Origin: an uncultured delta proteobacterium
GTDB lineage: Bacteria; Desulfobacterota; Binatia; UBA9968
Assembly: GCA_963816145.1 (NCBI GenBank)
Contig: CAWFJP010000005.1
Span: 1-64,000 of the forward strand
DNA: 64,000 nt
Reading direction: 5' to 3'
Shown here one piece after another: positions 1-9,981 of this stretch (position 1 is the stretch's first letter; every line of letters starts with the position of its first letter). Under the pieces are notes generated by a model, which saw only the letters and a program-made list of their open reading frames with translations, did no database searches and was not told where the DNA came from. Both the position numbers and the translations under genes were made by a program.

Positions 1-352
1 CGCCTGCGCGCAGCTTTTCGACCAGCGCCGAGTCGCGCTCGGGTCGCCAATCCTTCAAGATTTTCGAGCCGCCGGTGGTGAGCACACCGGTCATCTCGAA
101 CATGTCCTTGATGCTCACCGGCACGCCATGAAGTGGCCCGCGGTAATCGCCGGCGGCGATCTCCTGGTCGGCTTTCTTGGCGTCGGCGAGCGCCGGCTCG
201 GCACAGACGGTGATAAAGGCGTTGAGCTTGTCGTCGAGGGCGCGCAAACGCGCCAGCGTTGCCTCGAGAGCTTCCACCGCCGATACCTTGCGCGCGGCGA
301 TGAGCCATGAGAGGTCGGTCAGGTTTTGTTCGAGAATCGCTGCGTCGGCCAT
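1..352 (-). CDS. Amidase signature (GatA-like) family protein, 5' part; runs off window start
   Basis: Manual translation from ATG at 352: MADAAILEQNLTDLSWLIAARKVSAVE...LNAFIT...GPLHGVPVSIKDMF...TTGGS, the amidase N-terminus with catalytic Lys motif. Not in the ORF track because it is truncated. Confidence 0.9.
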   Translation of the reverse strand, partial: MADAAILEQNLTDLSWLIAARKVSAVEALEATLARLRALDDKLNAFITVCAEPALADAKKADQEIAAGDYRGPLHGVPVSIKDMFEMTGVLTTGGSKILKDWRPERDSALVEKLRAG

Positions 353-354
353 GA

Positions 355-543
355 TCACGCCTTCCTGCCCGCCGGTTGCGCTTGGTGGGAAATCCACGCG
401 GTGTCTTTGCTGAACTCTTCGAGCTCGGCGACGATTCTCAGGTTGTCCTCGATCTCATTGGCGATGGCTTCGAGATCGGCAGGGGAGAATGTCACGCCTT
501 CGAGAAGCGCCAAACGCTGCGCAAGGTTTTCTGGATCAGCCAT
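355..543 (-). CDS. Small acidic helical protein, possible GatC/AtzG-like partner of the amidase
   Basis: 62 aa ORF whose stop lies 2 nt before the amidase ATG; size and position match small amidase partner subunits. Confidence 0.6.
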   Translation of the reverse strand: MADPENLAQRLALLEGVTFSPADLEAIANEIEDNLRIVAELEEFSKDTAWISHQAQPAGRKA

Positions 544-575
544 GGTTCAATAGCCTTTCGTACATTTTCAGAAGG

Positions 576-660
576 CTCACCGCAGAGGCGCTAAGGGCGC
601 AGAGAAAGAAGTGCTTCAATCCGTTCCGAACTCTGCGAACTCCGTGTCTCTGCGGTGAAA
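576..660. repeat. Solo hairpin, family A (CGCAGAG variant of the GxxExxY-flanking repeat)
   Basis: CTCACCGCAGAGGCGCTAAGGGCGCAGAG...TTCCGAACTCTGCGAACTCCGTGTCTCTGCGGTGAAA; inverted arms of 9-nt units plus inner TCCGAAC motif. Confidence 0.85.
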
Positions 661-705
661 TCCTTACTTATTCGTTGGCTGCGATTTTGTCGCGTCGATC
701 ATACT

Positions 706-1827
706 TTACATCGCGTAGTAGCGCGCGCAGTTATCCCACAGGATTTTCCGTTTATCCTCGTCGGAAAACGGCAGACGGAGAAAATGGTTGATCGCCTCGG
801 GATATCGCGAGTCGACATGAGGATAGTCGGTGGAGAACACCAAGTTGCCGTTGCCGACCTGTTGCAGGACATTGTTGGCGATAACTTCGTCGGGTTCGAT
901 GGAGACCACGCACTGGCGTTTGAAGTATTCGCTGGGTTTTTCTTTGACGTCCTTTGCCCATACATCACCGTCGAGTTCCCAGGCTTCGTCGAGACGCCAT
1001 AAGAGCCAAGGCAGCCAGCTGCAGTTGGCTTCGAGAAAGGCCACGCGCAGTTTGGGATGACGCGCCAGCACGCCGCCGCCGCAGAAGCAGCCGAGCGCGA
1101 GCATTTGTTCTATCGGCTGGGCGAACACCCGGCGCAGCATGAAATTGGGCTCCAGGCGCTCGCCGACCTGGTTTCTGCCGGTGCCGGTGGACTCATGAAA
1201 TCCCACGGAGATATTCAGATCTTCGAGCGCGCTCCAGAGCGGGTCGTAGTAGGCGCTTTGCCACTGGTGATCGACTAACGGGTTGGCGCGCAGGAATGCG
1301 GCGCGAAAGCCCAACTGCTCGGCGCAGCGGCGCGCTTCGCTGACGGCATCGTCCATGTTGAATGGTGAGATCATGCCGGCACCGACCAAGCGTTTGGGAT
1401 TTCGCTGGCAGAAGTCGTACATCCAGTCGTTGTAGGCGCGCGCCATGGCGGCGCCGAACTCGGGGTCCATGCGCTCGTCGACCAGTGCGCGCAGGCCGCG
1501 GGTCGGATAGAGGACGGCGATGTCGATGCCTTCGATATCCATGGCCTCGATCTGCACTTCGGAGGTCCAACCGCGCGCGGCGTCATTGCCGAGAATATTT
1601 TGCTTCTGCTCGAAATTCTTACCCTTGGCGGTATCGTTGGCCGGCGTGGTCTTGCGCGACCATTCGACGCCGTCGGGATGGACTAGCCGCAGGTCGCGCA
1701 CGTTATGGCTCGTCACGCCGCGCGGCGCGCGGTGGCGAAACTTCTTGTCGATATATTTCTCCCACAACTCCGGCGGTTCCATGACATGCATGTCGCTGTC
1801 GATGACTTTGAATCCGTTCTTAGACAT
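706..1827 (-). CDS. Amidohydrolase family protein (Amidohydro_2)
   Basis: IDSDMH N-terminal metal motif, YND, FLEANCSW, FSTDYPH, ILWDNCARYY. Confidence 0.93.
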   Translation of the reverse strand: MSKNGFKVIDSDMHVMEPPELWEKYIDKKFRHRAPRGVTSHNVRDLRLVHPDGVEWSRKTTPANDTAKGKNFEQKQNILGNDAARGWTSEVQIEAMDIEGIDIAVLYPTRGLRALVDERMDPEFGAAMARAYNDWMYDFCQRNPKRLVGAGMISPFNMDDAVSEARRCAEQLGFRAAFLRANPLVDHQWQSAYYDPLWSALEDLNISVGFHESTGTGRNQVGERLEPNFMLRRVFAQPIEQMLALGCFCGGGVLARHPKLRVAFLEANCSWLPWLLWRLDEAWELDGDVWAKDVKEKPSEYFKRQCVVSIEPDEVIANNVLQQVGNGNLVFSTDYPHVDSRYPEAINHFLRLPFSDEDKRKILWDNCARYYAM

Positions 1828-1972
1828 GATTTACCTCTCCTGCTTGAGCTGTATATAAGCTCCACAAATCTTTCAATTCAACTAGATCGAGGATCGTCAA
1901 TCAGAGGGTCAGCGCAGTGGAGCGCAAGAAAATAAGTCATGATGGGTATTGCCTTGCCGCCGCGGCGAACAC

Positions 1973-2842
1973 TCAGGACTGCCTCATACGCTCGACGGCT
2001 CTACGGATTTCAACCTGCATGGCGTCTCGCTCAGCATGAAAGCGGTAACCATGGCCGGGTAATATCCAGGTGAACTCTTCTCGGAGTAATTTCTCGACCG
2101 ATTCTCTCTGGAGGTCCCAGGAGTATTGGCAATATTGCCGTGAGGTGAAGAGGCCGTCGGTATCCAGACACCAAGAAAGATGATCGCCAGTGAAAATAAA
2201 TTTCTCCCGATAAAGCAGCGCCGTCGAGCCGCGAGTGTGGCCCGGCGTGGCGATGATTTTAACATCCGGGGCGAGTTGCCAAGGTCCAGCGCCCGACAGT
2301 TTCTGCTCGGCGGACTTGAGCGCCCAGCGCGCATCGGCTTCATGAATAATGCGTTCACAACTAAAGTGCTGGTGAAACTGCTCATGGTCGGCGACATCGT
2401 CATGATGCGTGAGAAACATGAACCGCAACCCATCCAGTTGTTCGAACTTGCGCACCAACGGCTTGGTGAAGCGCGGCGAGTCGATCAGAATATTTCCCGC
2501 CTGGCGTTGGATGAAATAGCTATGGGCGCCGAAACTGTCGGGCGACGCGAAGCCGCAGTAATACACATCGTCGTCGAGCAGTTGCGGCAGCGCGTCAATG
2601 GCCGGGGTCAAGTCGCGTTGCGATCTTGTGCCGATGGAACCTGCCGGACAGCTTACCAACGCCATCAGCGCTTGCAGATCTTCCCGATCGGATTGCGGCT
2701 GCCGAACGACAATGGGCCGGCTCGGCCCGTCGCCGAATGTAGTCGGCGCCACTTGCCGGCAGGTGGGACAGCTGATGCAATTGCGATCGACGAAGAAATC
2801 GCCGGGCGCGTTGGCTGGATCGGCAAGCTCGACGTTCGCCAT
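1973..2842 (-). CDS. Ferredoxin-MBL-fold metallo-hydrolase fusion
   Basis: CISCPTC...SCPAGSI Fe-S motif followed by LTHHDDVADH, TPGHTRGS, FTGDH, LPGHG. Confidence 0.9.
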   Translation of the reverse strand: MANVELADPANAPGDFFVDRNCISCPTCRQVAPTTFGDGPSRPIVVRQPQSDREDLQALMALVSCPAGSIGTRSQRDLTPAIDALPQLLDDDVYYCGFASPDSFGAHSYFIQRQAGNILIDSPRFTKPLVRKFEQLDGLRFMFLTHHDDVADHEQFHQHFSCERIIHEADARWALKSAEQKLSGAGPWQLAPDVKIIATPGHTRGSTALLYREKFIFTGDHLSWCLDTDGLFTSRQYCQYSWDLQRESVEKLLREEFTWILPGHGYRFHAERDAMQVEIRRAVERMRQS

Positions 2843-2885
2843 GCCCTATCCTGCATGCCAGCTTAATTCCGCCGGCTGAGATGCG

Positions 2886-4028
2886 CTATGCCGCGCATAG
2901 GCCGTACAGCGCCTTGGCGTTGTCGTAGTAGACTTTTTTCTTCACGTCTGACGGCAAATGGTTCGAATCTTTGGCGACGATGTCTTGGGAGAACGGCCAG
3001 GTGCTGTCGGGATGGGGATAGTCGGAGCCCCACATGATATGGCCGTCGCCGAAGAACTCGGTTAGGTGCAAGCCGACAAAGTCGGTTTGGAAGGTCGCCC
3101 AGACTTGCCGTTTGAAGATTTCGCTGGGCATATTCTTCAGCGGGATTTCCGCGGCTTTTCGGCGCTCGAACTGGCGTTTATATCGATAGTCCATTTCTTG
3201 GACGACGAAGGGGATCCAGCCGATGGCTGATTCGGCGAGGCAGAATTTCAAATTTGGATGGCGTTCCAGGGTGCCGAAGTTGATCATGTTGACGAACGGA
3301 TTGAAGAATGACGTTGCCCCATTGGTGAGACCCATGTCGAACACGCCCTGGTGTTCGCCGGGCTTTTTCACCGCATCAATCGTGGCGCGCACGGTGCTTG
3401 TCTGCACGCTGCCGCCGGCATGATACGACACCACGATGCCGGTTTCCTCGGCGGCGGCCCAGAAACCATCCCAAGCTTTCAAGCTCATTTCCAGAGTGAC
3501 GTCGTTGACCAAGAAATTGGCTTCTTTGAAGCCGAGCTTGGCGACGCGGATGACTTCGTCGCGCGCGGCATCGGCATCCACCGGCGACAACATCGCTACA
3601 GGATAAAAGCGGTTAGGGGCGCGCTTGCCGAATTCGTAAGCCCAGTCGTTGTACGCGCGCAAGGTGGCGTTGCGCAGCTCGGCGTCGCCCACCTGCATGG
3701 CGATGATCGGCGGAAACAGCAGTGAGGCTTCGACGCCGTCGCGGTCCATGTCGCTGAGCCGCTTTTCGGCGGTGGTCGGCCGGTAAGCTTCGCCGACGCC
3801 GCCGCGGTCGAGGGCTAGCCAGGTGCGGCTGGAGCGGGCGAACCAGCGCTCGCCGCGGTGCTCGGCCCAGGTGTCGCCGTCGCACACCCAGTATTCACCC
3901 TTTTCGCCGCGGTCTTCGACATGAGGGGCGCGGTCGCGCAGCGAGGCGGGCATGCGCGCGGTCCATAAGTCGCGCGGCAAGTATCCTAAATCGATATGAT
4001 CATCGGCGGAAATCATCTTGTAGGTCAT
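2886..4028 (-). CDS. Amidohydrolase family protein (Amidohydro_2)
   Basis: ISADDH, MDRDGV, AYNDW, WGSDYPHPDSTWP; start placed at MTYK (AGGAG upstream). Confidence 0.93.
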   Translation of the reverse strand: MTYKMISADDHIDLGYLPRDLWTARMPASLRDRAPHVEDRGEKGEYWVCDGDTWAEHRGERWFARSSRTWLALDRGGVGEAYRPTTAEKRLSDMDRDGVEASLLFPPIIAMQVGDAELRNATLRAYNDWAYEFGKRAPNRFYPVAMLSPVDADAARDEVIRVAKLGFKEANFLVNDVTLEMSLKAWDGFWAAAEETGIVVSYHAGGSVQTSTVRATIDAVKKPGEHQGVFDMGLTNGATSFFNPFVNMINFGTLERHPNLKFCLAESAIGWIPFVVQEMDYRYKRQFERRKAAEIPLKNMPSEIFKRQVWATFQTDFVGLHLTEFFGDGHIMWGSDYPHPDSTWPFSQDIVAKDSNHLPSDVKKKVYYDNAKALYGLCAA

Positions 4029-4224
4029 CTTCAATCTCCTATAGATATCGGGTGGTTCAGAGTTTTGTCGGATAGCGCTGATAATCACGCCGATGGTGGG
4101 TCTCTGTCAAGCATTGGAAGGATTCAGAAACCTCACGGTTCAGGTTCCCAGCGCGTTGAGGCAACCGGTCAGCCGGTGCAGGCCTTGTGAGTTTCCAGTG
4201 ATAAATGGAGCGTAGTGCTAGACG

Positions 4225-5262
4225 TCACTCCATGCCGTTGATCTCGTCGATCATTTGGCGCAGCCGGCAGAAATCTTCGCGGTTGAAGCGTACCAAAAGC
4301 CGGTGCAGGTGCAGCGTGTCGGGATCGTCGGATTCGTCGGCCAGGGGCTCGGTTTGCCTGATCTTGCCGTCGGTCAGGATATCGCTGAAGTCGCGGTTGA
4401 GCCGGTCGATCAGTGCGGGCGCCGGCGGATGGTTGAGCCGGATCACCAGGTCCTGCTTGACGTAGCGATAAGAGTGAAAGTTGCGGTAAAAGCTCGTGAT
4501 CTCCTTGACCGCTGCTGCCGCGCAAGTGAGGATTTTAAAAAAACTCATTTCTCTCTCAACGATGTATCCCCGGCTTATCACGTCATCGCGCAGGAAATCT
4601 TGCCAGCGCGACCAGTAAGTTCCTTCCGGGAGGTCCATCAAGATAATCGGCACGAGCTGGCTCTTGCCGGTTTGCGCTAAGGTGATTGACTCTAAAAGTT
4701 CATCGTGGGTGCCGAAACCGCCGGGGAAGATCACTACCGCATCCGCTTCTTTGACGAACATGAGTTTGCGGGTGAAGAAAAAATGAAAATCCATGAGCTT
4801 TGGATCGTTGAGGATGAACGGGTTGGCCGCTTGCACCGACGGCAATCGGATATTGACGCCAAAACTTTTCTCACGTCCCGCGCCCTCATGGCCGGCTTGC
4901 ATGATGCCTGGGCCGGCGCCGGTGATCACCATTAACCCGGCTTGCGCCAGCCCCTTAGCCACATTTCGCGCCAGAGCGTAATAGGGGTCGCTTTCCGCCA
5001 CGCGGGTCGATCCGAAGATGCTTACTTTGCGCTGGTGCCGGTACGGCGCGAAGATCCTAAAAGCGTGGCGCAGCTCCTGCATGGCGCGGTTTAAGATTTT
5101 CAAATCGCCGCGTCCGGCGTCGTCCTGCGACAACTTGACCACGGTGCGCAAGATTCCGGCTAGCTGATCCGCGTTACCGGTGCGATCTTGCGCCGCTAGC
5201 CACTCATCGATCTGGGCCACCATGTCGACCAAAGTTTTTGGCTGCTGCTCTATGGGTTCCAT
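4225..5262 (-). CDS. LOG family protein (TIGR00730-like nucleotide phosphoribohydrolase, long type)
   Basis: VSIFGSTR, ITGAGPGIMQA, FFFTRKLMF, PGGFGTHDE. Confidence 0.9.
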   Translation of the reverse strand: MEPIEQQPKTLVDMVAQIDEWLAAQDRTGNADQLAGILRTVVKLSQDDAGRGDLKILNRAMQELRHAFRIFAPYRHQRKVSIFGSTRVAESDPYYALARNVAKGLAQAGLMVITGAGPGIMQAGHEGAGREKSFGVNIRLPSVQAANPFILNDPKLMDFHFFFTRKLMFVKEADAVVIFPGGFGTHDELLESITLAQTGKSQLVPIILMDLPEGTYWSRWQDFLRDDVISRGYIVEREMSFFKILTCAAAAVKEITSFYRNFHSYRYVKQDLVIRLNHPPAPALIDRLNRDFSDILTDGKIRQTEPLADESDDPDTLHLHRLLVRFNREDFCRLRQMIDEINGME

Positions 5263-5506
5263 TATTCCTGCCAATCTAGGTCGCCGGCGCCGATTCGATT
5301 TGCCAAGGGCGCTGGCGAGCTCTCTTTGGCAGTATAAGCGATGGTCAACGCTGGGGGAAGCAATTGTGGTGGAGGGGGGAGGCGAATTCGTTTCTACAGT
5401 ACAGGTCGCAACCCGTTACACGTTCGACACGTAGTGTACGGGCCGCTGAGACTACGAGTCAGGACGGGCAAACTTATGTCAGAGCATCGCGGATGTTCGT
5501 TCTGGG

Positions 5507-6640
5507 TTAACGGAAGTCAAACCCATAGAGCTCCGCGGTGTTCTGGCAGAGAATTTTCCGGCTGTCTTCGGCGTCGATGTTTTGGAAATCCGCGGCAATC
5601 TTTTCCCGCGACTTCGGCCAGAAGGTCGCGCTATGGGGAAAGTCGGATGACCACATGATGTTTTCGACGCCGATGTTCTGCCGCTGGCCCAGGCCGAAGG
5701 TGTCGTCGATGAAGGTCGCATAAAGCTGGCGGCGAAAATAGTCGCTGGGTTTGAGCGTCAGCTTGGTGTTGAACGGCGTGCCGCGGAAGCGAATGCCGCG
5801 GTGATCGAAGCGCTCGTCCATGCGGTGCAAAAAAAACGGCACCCAGCCGCAATTTAACTCCGCCGAAACCACTTTGAGCGCGGGAAAGCGCTCGAGCACG
5901 CCGGAAATGATCAGGGTCGCAAAGGTCTGCTCGACTTCATGGGAATTGATCGCTTGAGCGACGGTGCGCTTCTTTGAATTGGAATCCCAGTCAACCCATT
6001 TAAAGCCGGCGAACTCGTGCAGGCTCAGCGGCATTTTGAGCTCCTGCGCCGCCGCCCAAAATGGATCGTAGCTTTCCGAATGAAACGGCAGGTCGTCGGG
6101 CGGCGAGGCCCAAATGATCGCGCCGGCAAGCCCTTTCTTGGCACACTCCGCCAGATCGAGGGCCGCCTGTTTAGGATCGTAGAGTGAGATCAGCGCCAGC
6201 CCTTTAAAGCGTTTGGGCGAGTAAGCGCAGAACTCGGCCAGCCAGTCGTTGTAGACCTGAAAGCAGGCGCGCTGGAAGCCGCCGTCCTTGATCCAAAACA
6301 TGCGAAATCCCAGCGTCGTGTAAAGCACGTCACCGGCAACGCCGTCCTGGTCCATGTCCTTCAGCCGCTGCGCCGGGTCCCAGCCGCCTTGGTGGGCGCC
6401 GGCGTAAGAGAAGCTTTCCAATAACTTTTGCAGCTCGTCCATCGACTTGTTGGCGCCGAAGCCCAGGATGACGTTATGCGGCTGGCGGTCCGCTTCGATA
6501 TGCCACCAGGCGCCGGGCTGGCCCCGATATTGGGTCTCCATGTGCGGCGCGATGCCGCGGTACTTTTCCGGCAGCCGCTCCTGCCATAGATTCAACGGCT
6601 CGCTGACATGGGAATCCGCATCCAAGATTGTTTCCGGCAT
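5507..6640 (-). CDS. Amidohydrolase family protein (Amidohydro_2)
   Basis: LDADSHVSEP, DMDQDGV, YNDWLAEFC, WSSDFPHSATFWP. Confidence 0.93.
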   Translation of the reverse strand: MPETILDADSHVSEPLNLWQERLPEKYRGIAPHMETQYRGQPGAWWHIEADRQPHNVILGFGANKSMDELQKLLESFSYAGAHQGGWDPAQRLKDMDQDGVAGDVLYTTLGFRMFWIKDGGFQRACFQVYNDWLAEFCAYSPKRFKGLALISLYDPKQAALDLAECAKKGLAGAIIWASPPDDLPFHSESYDPFWAAAQELKMPLSLHEFAGFKWVDWDSNSKKRTVAQAINSHEVEQTFATLIISGVLERFPALKVVSAELNCGWVPFFLHRMDERFDHRGIRFRGTPFNTKLTLKPSDYFRRQLYATFIDDTFGLGQRQNIGVENIMWSSDFPHSATFWPKSREKIAADFQNIDAEDSRKILCQNTAELYGFDFR

Positions 6641-6697
6641 AAGGTTTTTCCTCTGAACTAGGATTTGCTCTGCATTGCCCCCAATAGATAGTTCATT

Positions 6698-7768
6698 CTA
6701 ACGAATTTTCAAAGACACCGCCGCTTCGCTGACCGGCGCCCAATCGACGATCCTGTCGGCGGGAACGATTGCCGGCACATTGGCCATGCTCAGGGCGGTG
6801 GCGAGACCCGTATTCGACGGGATGCCGTTGTCGGGCCAAAGCTCTTTGATTACGTCAAAAGTTTTTCTGCTCATCTCGATGTCCGGCAGGCCGGCGAACT
6901 GTTTGAGCAGAGCCAATACCTCTTCGCGATGGCTCTTGGTGTAGGCGATGCCTTTGAGCGCGGCGGCGAGGATTTTTTTCACTTCATCCGGCTTTTCGCG
7001 CAGGCGTTCGTCGTGGGCGATCAGGCCGAGCAGCGGAAACTCGGCGATGTCTTTCATATAAGCGATCGGTCGAAAGCCGTCTTTCTCCATGAACAAATCG
7101 TAGGGCACACTCAGCATCGCCGCGTCAATGGTGCCGGTCCTGAGCGCGAGGGCGCGTGCCGGCATCTCGCCCAGGTTGATCATTTGGACGGTCTTCGCGT
7201 CGACTTTGTAATGCTCGAGGATTTTCAAAAACTGCCGATGCACCGTACCGCCCGGTTGGCTGATCGCGACTCCGCGGCCGCGCAGCGCGCTGGGGTTGGC
7301 GATGTCGCGCTTGGCGACCAACACGTGGTGCGAGCGCACCGCGAAGATCATGATCACTTTGGCCGGCAGACCGTTGGCGATGGCCGTCATCGATGAGCCG
7401 AGCGGCGTGATGTAGGAGATATGGCGCGACGCCAAAGCCCCCAGGGATGCGCGCACCGACATGGTAACGGGCAATAGCTCGATGCCCTGCTCCTGGAAGA
7501 TCCCCTTCTTCCAAGCGACGTAGAGCGGAAACCATGTGACGGTATTGGTCGGTACGCCGATGTAAATCTGGGTGAGCTTTTGCGCCGGCGCCGGATCGGC
7601 GTGAGTAAAAACAACCAAGAGAATCAACGCGAAGAGATTTTTGCTTCGAGGTGTTTGCCTTAGCTGGAAAATCCCTCCTAACCTCCCTTTACCAAGGGAG
7701 GCACTCGGAGATTCGCCGTGATGACTTCTTACTCGCAATGCTAGAGCGCTGCTCATGCCGGTTGTCAT
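6698..7768 (-). CDS. ABC solute-binding protein, SsuA/NMT1-like
   Basis: Signal-like segment, FPLYVAWKKGIFQEQG, LRGRGVAISQPGG; ATG overlaps the upstream VOC stop (TGATG). Confidence 0.85.
   Translation of the reverse strand: MTTGMSSALALRVRSHHGESPSASLGKGRLGGIFQLRQTPRSKNLFALILLVVFTHADPAPAQKLTQIYIGVPTNTVTWFPLYVAWKKGIFQEQGIELLPVTMSVRASLGALASRHISYITPLGSSMTAIANGLPAKVIMIFAVRSHHVLVAKRDIANPSALRGRGVAISQPGGTVHRQFLKILEHYKVDAKTVQMINLGEMPARALALRTGTIDAAMLSVPYDLFMEKDGFRPIAYMKDIAEFPLLGLIAHDERLREKPDEVKKILAAALKGIAYTKSHREEVLALLKQFAGLPDIEMSRKTFDVIKELWPDNGIPSNTGLATALSMANVPAIVPADRIVDWAPVSEAAVSLKIR
7668..7701. repeat. Half copy of family C (CCCTTT/AAGGG) palindrome, inside the 5' end of the SBP ORF
   Basis: AAAATCCCTCCTAACCTCCCTTTACCAAGGGAGG parallels the right half of the 8637-8723 element. 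Confidence 0.7.
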
Positions 7769-8565
7769 CAGGCCTCGGAAAAGTCCAACAGCACGCCGTC
7801 CGGATCGGAGGTCGCGAACTGGCCAATCTTACAACCATCCATGTCGCGTTTGGTGAGATGGCCGAAGATGCCGCCGGCGATGTCTCTCGGCGCCGATGCC
7901 GGCGTGGTGGCGGCCAGTTGTTCGAGGTCTTTTTTGGTTTGCTCGATGCTCTCGACTTTGTACCCGACGTGGTCGAGACCTTGGCGCATGCTCATATACG
8001 AGTTGTCGTTGGTCGGTTGGATCAGCAGGCGCACCTTACCGTCGCTCAAACAAATCGTTTCGTCTAAAGGCGGTTCTTTGACTTCGAAGAGTTGGAACAC
8101 ATTTTGGTAGAAATCGGCCACTGCCGCCGGTTCATGAGCCCGGATGACCACATGATTAAATTGCCGCGCTTGCTCCCAACCGGATTCTTTGTAGCCTTCT
8201 CTGACCTTGGGGTCGGTGCGCTCGGAGATGTCGAACTGGGCGCCGGCGGGGTCGTGGCTGCGAAACAATGCGAACGGAACTCGCTCCAACCCTTTGGTAA
8301 TGATCGCTTGGGGGTAATGCTTTTTTATGCGCTGGCGGGCGGTGTCGACGTCATCGACTTCGAAGCCGAAATGATCCAGCCCCGCGGGGATGCCGGGTCG
8401 GCGCGCCAGGACAGCGAGTCCGATCAATCCGTCGCTGATATGACCGCGATTAGTCTCTAACACCGCTGTGGTGATCCGTTTCATGCCGAGGATTTTCTCG
8501 TAAAAAGCGATGGCACTCTGGGGATTCTGGGTGTAAATCGCGGCGTGTTTAATCTGTGCAAACAT
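7768..8565 (-). CDS. VOC/glyoxalase family protein (two VOC domains)
   Basis: IKHAAI...FYEKILGM...GLDHFGFEV...DPAG; second domain FNHVVI...GLDHVGYKV...DPDGVLLD; start at MFAQ with GAGGAGG upstream. Confidence 0.88.
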   Translation of the reverse strand: MFAQIKHAAIYTQNPQSAIAFYEKILGMKRITTAVLETNRGHISDGLIGLAVLARRPGIPAGLDHFGFEVDDVDTARQRIKKHYPQAIITKGLERVPFALFRSHDPAGAQFDISERTDPKVREGYKESGWEQARQFNHVVIRAHEPAAVADFYQNVFQLFEVKEPPLDETICLSDGKVRLLIQPTNDNSYMSMRQGLDHVGYKVESIEQTKKDLEQLAATTPASAPRDIAGGIFGHLTKRDMDGCKIGQFATSDPDGVLLDFSEA

Positions 8566-8636
8566 GCCAACCTCCTCGGGGTATGACTTCGAATTATGAA
8601 TGAGTTGAGATCGATGCGTAATTGCTGCTATCGACA

Positions 8637-8723
8637 TCCCCCTTTGAAAAAGGGGGACTGAGGGGGATTTGAATTTTGTCTGCATCGGAAAATCCCCCCT
8701 TCCCCCCTTTTCCAAAGGGGGGA
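8637..8723. repeat. Family C palindrome (double CCCCCTTT..AAAGGGGG hairpins)
   Basis: TCCCCCTTTGAAAAAGGGGGACTGAGGGGGATTT...AAATCCCCCCTTCCCCCCTTTTCCAAAGGGGGGA. Confidence 0.9.
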
Positions 8724-8782
8724 GCGTGCGTACCCATGATTTGATTTAATCAATGGACCTCCGAGTCAGGGTGTTGCCTCGC

Positions 8783-9805
8783 TCACCGGCCGTAGAAACG
8801 CCGGGCGTTGTCGCCGAGGATCGCTGTCTTGTGTTCTTTTTTGAGATCGTCGCGCTCTAACACTTCGTCGATCTCCTCCATGCAATTGCTCATGGAGATC
8901 TCGTGGGGAAAATCCGACGCGAACATGAATGGTTTGGGGCCGACCCGATCGATGGCGTAGGCGAGCGCTTTCTCGTTTCCTTCGCAGCCGACGAAGATGC
9001 GGTCGTCTTTGAAATAATCGATGGGATGGCGTTTGAGTTTCAAGCCGCCGTATTCCAGCTCGCGCTCGAGCCGGTCGATGACCAGCGGTATCCACGCCGT
9101 GCCGCCTTCCATGAAGCCGACGCGCAGCTTGGGGAAACGGTCGAAGACGCCGTCGACCATCATGCCGGTCATCGCGATGGCTAGCGGAAAGGGCATGCCC
9201 AACGCGCGGGTGGCGGGAAATACCGTGTAGCTGTTGAAGCCCAAGTTGATGTAACTGCCGCCATGCACCGCCATGACGCAATTTAGCTTTTCCGCCTCTT
9301 CGTAGATCGGCCAATATTCCTGGTGGCTGACATGGCGGGTGAGGCCGTTGGACGGAATCATCGCGCCCATGAAGCCCAGTTCTTTGACCGAGCGGCGCAG
9401 CTCACTGGCGGCGTCGGGAACGTTCTGCATCGGAATCAGCGACACCGCTTGAAACTTGGAGCTGCGCTTTAGATAGCGGGCGTGAATGTAATCGTTGTAC
9501 GCCTGCGCGTAAGCCAACGCCCAGGTCGGATAAGCGACATTGCCGTAGGCCAAGCCCGCCGTTGGATAGAGCACCGTGTAATCGGTGCCGGTCTTTTCCA
9601 AGAATTGCAGCCACTGCTCCGGCCCGGTGTTGGGATCGAAGGTCCCAGGCGTGCGCGGCGTGCCGTCGGCCGGCGTGTGAAAATGATCCAAGCTCGGAAT
9701 CCAATTCCTCGTGCCGCGGTTGTTGTAGGGCGCCTTGACGAAGCTGAGAATATCCTCGGCATCTTCCATGACATGGCCGTCGGCATCGACGTAGTTGTTG
9801 GGCAT
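8783..9805 (-). CDS. Amidohydrolase family protein (Amidohydro_2)
   Basis: VDADGHVME, AYNDY, FMEGGTAW, FASDFPHE, ILGDNARRFY. Confidence 0.93.
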   Translation of the reverse strand: MPNNYVDADGHVMEDAEDILSFVKAPYNNRGTRNWIPSLDHFHTPADGTPRTPGTFDPNTGPEQWLQFLEKTGTDYTVLYPTAGLAYGNVAYPTWALAYAQAYNDYIHARYLKRSSKFQAVSLIPMQNVPDAASELRRSVKELGFMGAMIPSNGLTRHVSHQEYWPIYEEAEKLNCVMAVHGGSYINLGFNSYTVFPATRALGMPFPLAIAMTGMMVDGVFDRFPKLRVGFMEGGTAWIPLVIDRLERELEYGGLKLKRHPIDYFKDDRIFVGCEGNEKALAYAIDRVGPKPFMFASDFPHEISMSNCMEEIDEVLERDDLKKEHKTAILGDNARRFYGR

Positions 9806-9981
9806 GAATCCTCCTAAAATTTGCAGCGGATGGCGTTAACTATCTATGCAGCAGTCGGCTCCGCGTCAATCGATAGAGTCATTTATAGGGCGAGTGAGAT
9901 CGGGGCGTCAAGTCGGAGATAACAGCGCGTTTGGAAATCCCGCTTCTGCTTGTTCGGATCGCTGCAGGCGGCTCGCAGCGA

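Noticed and set aside
5367-5382. TGGTGGAGGGGGGAGG, whose reverse complement ends CCTCCACCA like a tRNA 3' end or att site
   Set aside because: Only about 16 nt; no intact T-loop or cloverleaf, and no integrase or partner repeat in the window.
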